A DNA stretch of 12,596 nucleotides from Octopus sinensis (lineage: Eukaryota): positions 1 to 12,596 of the forward strand of contig NW_021826541.1 in the NCBI RefSeq assembly GCF_006345805.1, given 5' to 3'. Below, piece by piece: positions 1-8,703 of the stretch (position 1 is the stretch's first letter; each line of letters begins with the position of its first letter). The translations under genes were made by a program, and so were the position numbers. A model generated the notes under the pieces. The model worked only from the letters and a program-made list of their open reading frames with translations. It had not been told where the DNA came from and searched no databases.

Positions 1-32
1 CATATATACACATACATACACACATACATACA
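1..32. repeat. (CA)/(CATA) simple repeat, truncated by window edge
   Basis: catatatacacatacatacacacatacataca read directly. Confidence 0.7.
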
Positions 33-209
33 CCTAAGAAAACGGATAGAACATGCTTTCTGTGTTATGTCCCAAGAAGATTTTATATATTTTTATATAT
101 TTTTATGTATTTTTTATAATTTTTATGACGAAAAATGCGAGCAGCGTTATAACAGAGTAAATTTCCCTTCATTTTTAACGGTATTTTTTCATAACGTTTT
201 CAAATAGCC

Positions 210-273
210 AGATAACCGAAGAGATGGTGTTTGTGGATTTCCACTTCGACATCTGAAACTCAGAGTTTTATCT
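210..273 (+). ncRNA. Minimal type-I hammerhead ribozyme-like motif (U4C core, GUU cleavage triplet)
   Basis: Stem I agataa(210-215)/ttatct(268-273); core ccgaaga(216-222); stem II gatg(223-226)/catc(250-253) with inner gtgg/ccac; one extra t(254); gaaa(255-258); near-palindromic stem III actcagagt; NUH=GUU ending 267. Confidence 0.55.
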
Positions 274-350
274 TGACTACCGAGTAATGTAACATTTGTA
301 TAGAAAATTTCCTCTATTTACATAATATTGAGGTCTCTTTCTTTCTTTTG

Positions 351-1642
351 TTATCTTACCGTTTTATCAATATATATATATATATAAATAAATTTTGTCT
401 GGTCAGTTTCTTTCTTGACGTGTCCTGGTGTAATGTTGAAGAGAGCGGGTCCAATTGAGGTGAAATAGTTGTGCTGTATTGTCGTTATGTGATGCGATTT
501 AGATTTTTGTTGTGGACGGATGGCACGTGGTCCAAGCCTTGGATGTATTTTGAAGGTGATGCCAACATCATTTGGACAGTGCTGATGGAATATTTTCCAC
601 ATCATACAGATAATGTAGCGTTCACGGCGTCGTTGGAGTGAATACAGTTTTCAGCTTCTCTAGTCTACCCCCAGTAGTCAAGGTCTGACATGCCATCTAT
701 CTTTTTTGTTATTGACCTTTGGGGAGCTTCATTCTCATAATATTTTGTTTTGGGGGTGTGGGAGACCACAGTGGACAGCAGTATTCAAGGTGGGGTCTGG
801 CAAAAGTGGAGAAAGAAGGATAATAGTGTGGGAATCTCTCGACTGGAAGGTTCTGAGAATCCAGGAACACATTCTGCGGGCCATGTCAACTTTGCTGCTT
901 ATATGTAGCCCAGCTTATGTTGTTGTCCACTGTTACTACTACTCCCAAGTCTCTGATGTTGTTGGATGCCATAAGAATTTCTCCAGAAGGAAGAGAGTAT
1001 GGGAGTTTCAGAGCGTCCTCCCTTCCAAAGTGGATCAGTTCAAATTTGTCTTCGTTTAGCAACATGTTATTCTTTTCCGCCCATTGGACAACAGCCAGTA
1101 GGTCTGACTGAGGCTTATCAGTCATCCACGCCATTGATGACCTTCTGGAGCTTGGAATCATCAGCGAAGGTTCTGATGTTACTGTGTTTGATGGTGTCAG
1201 TAATATCATTTATGTAGATGATGAAGAGAAGTGGGCCCAATACAGTGCCTTGTGGGACACCACTGCTACTTTGGCTGGGCTGGATTTGACTCCTTCGACT
1301 ACAACATGTTGGGTTCTGTTAGACAGGAGCACTTGATCCACTGCAGCAAGCTTTCCAGTGACACACCAATATTGGACAGCTTTCTCTCAGAAGGATCTTA
1401 TGATCACCCCTGTCAAAGGCCTTGCTGAAATCAAGGTAGATGAACACTCTCCCAAGGCTCTCAAAATGTCATCAAATGATGCAGTAGCTGCGTCAGTCAA
1501 CTCTCCCATTACGGAATCCATGCTGGTTGGAGTTTCAGCATATTATGACTCTCAAGGAAGTGAGTCATACGCGATCTCAGCACTCTCTCAAATACCTTAA
1601 TGATATGAGAGGTGAGTGAGATTGGGCGGTAATTCACGGCAA
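351..1642 (-). mobile_element. Decayed non-LTR retrotransposon (CR1/L2/Jockey-group LINE), RT domain and C-terminal part only
   Basis: Across frames on minus: [116 protein letters not shown]. Has insertions, deletions and frameshifts; TA tracts at both ends (369-386, 1646-1667). Confidence 0.9.
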
Positions 1643-1667
1643 TGCATATATATATATATATATATAT

Positions 1668-1955
1668 TCCCTTTTTTTGGAACTCTCTTGCATTATAAAA
1701 CCATTTTTCAACTACCTCCAAATTCTGTTCTTTTCAACATGTGATCTTTTAAGCACCACCAGCTCAAATATTGTCTCCTCTGTCTTCCCTCCTTGGGATC
1801 TTTCCGTCTCCTTGTTTCCGACGAAGAGCTCTGCTCGAAACGTTAAACCCTCCTTCCCTTCTTTCCTGAGCGTCAATAATACTTTAATTGTTCCACGTCC
1901 TGCGTTGCTGTGTTTTTTTCTCTTTTTTTCTGTGTTTTCTTGTTTGGATTAACTT
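1668..1955 (+). mobile_element. Short ORF-less HHR-bearing module, probably a solo PLE pseudo-LTR fragment
   Basis: About 290 bp of pyrimidine-rich non-coding sequence bounded by TA tracts on both sides, containing the HHR motif at 1814-1848. Assignment to PLE is inferred from the known association of minimal HHRs with PLE pLTRs. Confidence 0.45.
1814..1848 (+). ncRNA. Minimal type-I hammerhead ribozyme-like motif (U4C core, GUU triplet)
   Basis: gttt-CCGACGA-a-gagc(tct)gctc-GAAA-cg-tt-aaac: stem I gttt/aaac, stem II gagc/gctc, palindromic stem III acgt (within aacgtt). Confidence 0.65.
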
Positions 1956-2083
1956 TATATATATATATATGCATATATAATATAATATATATGCATATAT
2001 ATATATATGCATATATATATATGCATAATATATGCATATATATATATATGCACATATATATATATATGCATATATAATATATG

Positions 2084-2119
<36 letters not shown>

Positions 2120-2493
2120 TATGTGTATATTTATATGCATATATATATATATATATATATATGCATATGCATATATATATATATGCATATGCATATATTT
2201 ATATATGCATATATATATATATATATATATGCATATATATATATGCATATATATATATATGTGCATATATATATAAATATATGCATAATATAAAAATATA
2301 TGCATATATATATATATATGCATATATATATGCATATATATATATGATGCATATATATATATATATATATGCAAATATGCATATATGCATATATATATAT
2401 ATGCATATATATATATATGCATATATATATATATGCATATATATATATATGCATATATATATATGCATATATATATATGCATATATATATATA

Positions 2494-2537
<44 letters not shown>

Positions 2538-2560
2538 TATATATATATAATATATATACA
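1956..2560. repeat. (TA)nTGCA compound microsatellite array
   Basis: Runs of TA punctuated by TGCA (ATGCAT) roughly every 6-30 nt. Confidence 0.95.
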
Positions 2561-2642
2561 TGGGTGAAAAGGAACACATGAGTTGATATATATGAAAAAA
2601 CAAGTCAAAATAGAAAATGCTAAAATAATTTTATAAAGAACA

Positions 2643-2686
2643 TTTCAGTACCGGTTTCGGTCATTTTGAGACCTTTTCAACTGTAA
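2643..2686 (-). ncRNA. Minimal type-I hammerhead ribozyme with compensatory U3-A8 core
   Basis: Minus strand: ttacag-TTGAAAA-ggtc(tcaaaat)gacc-GAAA-ccgg-TA-ctgaaa. Stem I ttacag/ctgaaa (5 of 6 pairs), stem II ggtc/gacc, palindromic stem III accggt, GUA triplet; predicted cut between 2649 and 2648. Confidence 0.75.
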
Positions 2687-3020
2687 CGATTAAATAATTA
2701 AATTTAGAAAAATTAAAAGAAAAGTTTTTTTAAAGTAATATTTGTATAGTGTTCAAATATAAGTGACATTCTGCCTTTCTCTGTCTCCCTTGTTTGCACT
2801 TGTGTGTTGTGAATTCTTGGTAGGGTAGAAGAAGAAGGTTGATGAGGAGAGGGAGTGGAAAAATTTGGGAGTGCCTTGATGGTCATATTTTGAATGGTCA
2901 GTGACGGCTAGCAGTTGCAGTTCAATTCAGGAGAATATTTCTATTGAAAGGTTTGTTTATGGAATTTGCGTAGGTGTTATACTAAAAAGCATTAGTGATA
3001 AAGTTAAGAGATAGAAGGTG

Positions 3021-3155
3021 GAGAAGAAGAAGCGGTAGATGATGATGTTGATGATGATGATGATGAAGGAGAAGAAGAAGATGATGATGATGGTGATGAT
3101 GATGACGACGATGATGATAATGATGATGATGAAGAAGAAGAGGAAGAAGAAGAAA
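3021..3155. repeat. (GAT)n/(GAA)n trinucleotide repeat in the PLE 3' UTR ((TCA)n/(TTC)n in element sense)
   Basis: gatgatgat... and gaagaagaag... read directly; lies between the ORF end (~3314) and the HHR. Confidence 0.9.
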
Positions 3156-3313
3156 AAAGAGAAGGGAGAATATGAATGGGTGAAAGTAGTGAGGTGTTGT
3201 ATGACTTGAAGTTGGCAGTTATGGATTATAGCTGTGATTGGGGCTGATTTGTAATGGATTCTTTGGAATGTAATATTTGTGTGTGTATTCTTTTATTCTA
3301 AAGTTGAGGTATA

Positions 3314-6149
3314 TTAATCGTTTGTCGTAGACCCGTTAAGAAGTGGCTGTATTTTGTAATAAATAGAGTTTCTTTACTTATTCGTTGTCTCGAGGTTGTA
3401 TCGTCCTAAATTGGTAGAGGGGAAAATCCTGAAGCCTGGTGTTTTTTTGTTGGCGCAAGTATCTATGTGTTGGCTGAAAGCTATTTTTCTGTTTTGGGGA
3501 ATTTTTATCTGAGATCTGTGCAGGGCCATTCTTTTACGCAAACTATTTTTTGTTTGGCCTATGTACTGCTCTTGACACCCAGAGCAGGTTAGTGAGTATA
3601 TTAGGTTCTCCGAAGCACATGTGAAGTTGCTTTTCACTGTAAACCGTTGTCCCTGTTTGAAGGAGAACTCTGATCCCTCAATTAGATAATCGCATATCCC
3701 GCAATTGGGTCTTCCACATTTTTTTACTGTCAGCTTCTGTGTTGAAGAGTGTATTCGGGCTTGTGTTAGGAGACTTTTCATAGATTTAGGCTGTCTCTTG
3801 CTTTTTATGATCGTGTGTGCTTGGAGGATTGTGTTCATTCTGTGGTCTTTTTTTAGGAGGGGTATGTTGTGGAGGATGGTGCCGAAGGCTTCATTATTAA
3901 GAGGGTTGTGTGTGGAGATGTATGGTAAGGCTTTTGGTCGTAAGTTTTTCTTTGATTTGGGATGTCTCAGTTCCTTGATGTTAAGTTGAAGGGCATGTTG
4001 AATGCACAAGTCAATAAGTGAAGGTGGGTAGTTCCTGGTGATAAGGATATCTTTTAGTTCTTGTAGTTGTGTGTCTCTGGTGTTTGCATTAGAAACTATA
4101 GTGCATATCCTTTTTGCTAGATTGAAGGGGATATTCATCCTGGTGTGTCTGGGGTGGCATGAATTGAATGGAAGATATTGCTTAGAATCTGTAGGCTTAT
4201 AATATATGTCTGTTTCTATTACATTATTAGCTTTCTTAATGAGGATATCGAGGAAGGGAAGTTGTTGCTGGCTATATTCCATCGTGAATTGGATGTTTAC
4301 GTCCAGTCCGTTTAAAATTTCTTGGAATTCTGTGAGATTTTCTATATTTTTATGCCAAAGAATGAAACAATCATCTAGATATCTCTTCCAGTTGTTTTCT
4401 ATGTAGATGGAGAAAGGGCTGCCATATCTTTCTAGAACCTTACAATACAGACTGATCTCTAGATATCCTATGACTAGGTTGGCAAAGGAGGGGGCCATTC
4501 GTGTACCCATCGCAGTCCCCGATTTTTGTCGGCAGAAGTTGTCTTTGAAGGCGAAGAAGTTATTTCCAGGATGAATTTAACCCCTTCTGTCACGAATTCT
4601 TTTTTGATGTGATGTGGGAGTTCGTTGGCGTGATTCTCTAGCCAGAATTGGATTGCCTCTAGTCCTAGGTTGTGGGGGATATTGGAGTAGAGGTTGACTA
4701 CATCGAAGGATACCAGTATGGTGTTTTTGTTTATAGTATTCGGTAGGTGATTGAGCATATCCAAGTCGTCCCTATATAGCTTTTGACATGTTTGAGGAGT
4801 GGTTTTAACAGGTGTCTAAAAAGTTACTGAGGCGGTGGGTTTCGCATGCGGGACCTGCTATTATGGGTCTCAATTTGAGGTCATTAGGATTAGGGACTTT
4901 AATTATTTTGTCTGTAGCTATCTTGCATGCGTTACTTATTTTCTCACTTTTGTGAATCTTAGGTATACCGTAGAATTGGCTGGTTTTACTTGTGAAATTG
5001 GTCATATAATGATATTCTTTGTCGGTGAGCCCTTTTTTGTATGGGTTTAACATGGATTTTAGTTCCCTCATTATTTTTTGTTGACTGTAGTTTTGTGCCT
5101 TTTCATAGTATGTTGTGTCTTCCAGCATAGATAGTACCAAAGTTATGTAAAATGTCATATCCATTAAGACAACAGCACTCCCTTTATCGGCCTCTTTGAT
5201 TGTTATTGTTTTATCTTGTTTAATTTGTTCAACTCAGCCCATTCTTTTTTGCTGAAGTTTGGTTTGTTTTTTTTGTTGTGCATATGTTGATATGGGTAAT
5301 TTGATATGTGGTCACAGAAATCATCAAGGTTTTTGTTCTTACCTTTAGGGGGTGTAGTTACTCCTATTTCTGACTAACGATTCGTCCTCGTTGTATTTGT
5401 CGTATAGCTCCTCAGTAAGTCTTAATTTTCTGCAGAATTCTGCGATGTCTTCTTTCATTTCATTGTAGTTGGGTGTTGTGGGGTGGGTGTAAACTTGAGT
5501 CCTTTGGAAAGTATGTTTATTTGTTTGCTGTTAGTTCCTTGTGAGTTAGATTGATAATTTTTATCACTTTTGGTTCCTCCTGCTTGTTTGGTGCTATCTT
5601 GTGTCTCTGTGTTTGCGTATTGGGTCTAAAAAATGAATGCGGTGGTTGGGACGGTAGCTATTATATAGTTGTTCTTGTTGATGTGGGGTCTCCTGTTGTG
5701 ATTTATGGTGTGTGTTCTTGGAACAGTATTGAGAAGAGCATCCTGATATCCCATATTCGGGTGTGGTTCCAGGAGCCCTCGTTGGTAATCATTGCGAGTG
5801 GTGTGGGTTGTGTTGTGTGCATGGTGTTTAACAGGTTGTTGGAACGAAGATTTCATTGGTAACTCTTTTGGGTGGGGATAAGGTTGCAGTGTCTATCCTG
5901 TGGGTATTGATTTATCCTTTCTCTGCTTGAAGTGGGGGTATTTCTGATATTGTATCGCTGGCTGCTTACAGAGTTAGGGTTAGGTCCTGTATTCTTTTTT
6001 TGATAGTAGTGAAGGTTCCGATTTTTAGACAGGTGTGTATTGGTGTTTGCGTGTTGTTTTGGTTTTCTTATTTTCTGGAAAGGGTTGTTGGAGGCGTGCT
6101 CTGTTTGAAACACGGCTTCATAGTTTGAGAACCAAGTGGTGCTTTTCTC
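3314..6149 (-). pseudogene. Frameshifted PLE ORF: N-terminal region, reverse transcriptase, thumb, Cys linker, GIY-YIG endonuclease
   Basis: IINLTHKELT..INILSKGLKFTPTP (~5480-5560), AEFCRKLRL, IKEADKGSAVVLMD (~5160-5200), FYGIPKIHK, LRPIIAGPACETHRLS, LVSFDVVNLYSNIPH, QKSGTAMGTRMAPSFANL, WKRYLDDCF, LPFLD, IYYKPTDSKQYLPFNSCHP, CGRPNCGIC (3692-3718), NLIYSLTCSGCQEQYIGQT, and frameshifted KETLFITKY.PLLN before a TAA at 3314-3316. Confidence 0.92.
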
Positions 6150-6336
6150 CCAAAATTGAGGGCCCAAACGAATAAGGATAAAATAAAATCCACCGATGAA
6201 GATATCAACGAAGAAATTCGCAAATTGACCCAAGGCCCAGATCAAGAGAAGTTCTCCAAACTATGGAAAGAGGACTGTGAAAAAGAAGAACTAAAATCTC
6301 TCCAACGCTGCGAGAAAAGTGCTACTTGGTTCCTCA
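6150..6336 (+). pseudogene. Inverted upstream piece of the same PLE ORF
   Basis: Plus frame ...STDEDINEEIRKLTQGPDQEKFSKLWKEDCEKEELKSLQRCEKSATWF ends in a 21-nt sequence (6312-6332) that is the inverted copy (18/21) of the start of the minus-strand ORF (6149-6129, EKSTTWF). Confidence 0.65.
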
Positions 6337-7180
6337 CGCGTAAAGAATTCTTCAACAATTAATTCTTTTTTTTTACTAATAAGGTAATTCCATGAGTATT
6401 CTTATAAACGCTGTATAAGAGGTTTTTTTATTCAAAATTCTAGTTCATTGTTTAAACCTTGCCAAGAAAAGTATGTATCTTTTTAAGATCTTCAAATTGT
6501 TAATTTTTAATATTGTATAAGCCTTTGGAGTAATAATATTCTCCTTATGTAAATATTGTTGTTTATGTAATGATCTAATTATCGTAATTTTCTATGTTAT
6601 TAGATATTAAATAAATTAGATAAACGTTGATAAAATTAGATATGTTTCGACTAAAGATTGGTCTAGGCCACGTCTAATTTAATAGCATAATTTATATTAG
6701 ATAATTATTCCCATTAATAATTATGTTTATAGTACTTATAGTATTTATTTAATACTATATTACTAAGAATTGAATATTTCTATAAGTATTTTACATAAGA
6801 TTTTGAAAGTCAGTTTAAGTTAGTTTATTTGTATTTTGAAATTAGCTATTTCATCTTTAAATATGAAAAATTAAATTTCTTAGGTTTTCATTATATACAA
6901 TTATTTATAGAGATTATTTTAGATCTTGATTATAATATTTATATATATTTTCATTGATAATTTATATATATTAGTCATTTTAAATATTTATGTAATTAGA
7001 TATAGACTAATATTGATGTTACAATATGGGTTTTCTACCTTATAATTAAAGTTAATATTTAACATTATAGTCGATTTCGATATAATCATATTTAAAATAG
7101 AGTTTTTATATATAAGTAAAATTTATTATATATATATATTATTTATATCTAAAAATATTGATTATATTTTAGATATTTAA

Positions 7181-7245
7181 ACCACCTGATGAATGACTGC
7201 GACACAAAAATTTGAAGACAGCAGGCATGAAACGATCGTAGCGTG
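7181..7245 (+). ncRNA. Type-I hammerhead ribozyme-like motif with canonical core, weak stem I
   Basis: CTGATGA(7186-7192); stem II atgactgc/gcaggcat (7 of 8 pairs, 20-nt loop); GAAA(7229-7232); palindrome acgatcgt; GUA ending 7240. Stem I accac/gcgtg pairs poorly. Confidence 0.6.
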
Positions 7246-7448
7246 ATATTAATTATATTTTTTTAATAATCTTGTTACATATACAAATAATATAAATTAA
7301 TCATATGTATTGGCTTAAGTTTTTCATTGTTTGATTTGCCTAATAGTGGTTTTGTCTCTAATTTAATATAATATATTTTTACTATAAAATTGGATTCAAT
7401 CCTAAATCTGATTTTTCCCTGTAAGTTTCGATTTATTCCCTAATATTT

Positions 7449-8209
7449 ATTATATATATATATATTATATATATACATATACATATATATATATGCATAT
7501 ATATATGTATATATATATATATATATGCATATATATATAGCATATATATATATGCATATATATATATATGTATATATATATATGTATATATATGCATATA
7601 TATATATATGCATATATATATATATATGCATATATATATATATATGCATATATATATATGTATATATATATATGCATATATATATATATGTATATATATA
7701 TATGCATATATATATATATATATGCATATATATATGCATATATATATATATATATGCATATATATATATGTATATATATATATGCATATATATATGCATA
7801 TATGCATATATATATGCATATATGCATATATATGCATATATATATATATATATGCATATATATGCATATATGCATATATATATGTTATATATATATATAT
7901 ATATATATATGCATTATTATATATATGCATATATGCATATATATATGCATATATATATTGTATATATGTATATATATATATGCATATATATATGCATATA
8001 TGCAATATATATGCATATGCTATATATATGCATATATGCATATATATATGCAATATTGTATATATATGCATAATATATATATGCATATATATATATGCAT
8101 ATATATTGCATATATATATGCATATATATATATATATGCATATATATATATATATTATATATGCATATATATATAGATATGCATATATATATGCATATAT
8201 ATATATATA

Positions 8210-8247
<38 letters not shown>

Positions 8248-8670
8248 TATATATATATATATATATAATATGCTATATTATATAATATGCATATATATAT
8301 ATGCATATATATAAATATATATGCATATATATATATATATATATTATATGCATATATATATATATATAATATATATGCATATATATATATATATAATATA
8401 TATGCATATATATATATATAAATATATATGCATATATATATATTAATATAAATATATATGCATATATAATATATATAATAAATATTAGATACATATAATA
8501 TATATATATATATATATGCATATATATATATATAATATATATGCATATATATATATATATATAAATATATGCAATATATATATATATATTATAAATATAT
8601 ATGCATATAATATATAAATATATATGCATATATATATAAATATATATGCATATATATATATATATTATAT
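7449..8670. repeat. (TA)nTGCA compound microsatellite array (~1.2 kb)
   Basis: Same unit as 1956-2560, with TGTA, TAAT and AAAT variants. Confidence 0.95.
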
Positions 8671-8703
8671 CTTTATTTTAAGCAGCAGAAAATTCAACAA
8701 AAT

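Larger units (their letters stand above)
2641..6336 (-). mobile_element. Penelope-like retroelement (Neptune-like), 5'-truncated with inverted 5' segment and HHR-bearing 3' region
   Basis: PLE protein motifs on minus (see ORF feature), ~670-nt 3' region ending in an HHR in sense orientation (2643-2686), inverted ORF piece at 6150-6336. Outer boundaries approximate. Confidence 0.88.

Noticed and set aside
706-1952. Plus-strand ORFs (706-1059, 917-1111, 999-1217, 1231-1428, 1358-1600, 1677-1952)
   Set aside because: Antisense shadows of the LINE RT or of the CT-rich module; no recognisable motifs.
1873-2608. Long [12 protein letters not shown] ORFs in all frames
   Set aside because: Translation of a (TA)nTGCA microsatellite, which lacks stops in most frames; same artefact at 7433-8629 and 9696-10281.
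3021-3165. Poly-Asp/Glu acidic coding tract on the plus strand
   Set aside because: No enclosing ORF or splice evidence; it is antisense to the PLE 3' UTR and is a trinucleotide repeat.
3705-5862. Plus-strand ORFs 3705-3989, 4206-4406, 4835-5050, 5551-5862
   Set aside because: Antisense to the PLE ORF; no independent support.
2634-6347. Direct repeat taaagaa at 2634-2640 and 6341-6347 as a target-site duplication of the PLE
   Set aside because: Only 7 AT-rich bases, and PLE-like sequence probably continues past the HHR toward 2560; cannot be distinguished from chance without an empty site.
7062-7086. attata-gtcgatttcga-tataat mini inverted repeat with GAAA on minus
   Set aside because: No HHR core or NUH in the right place; short AT-rich stems are expected by chance.
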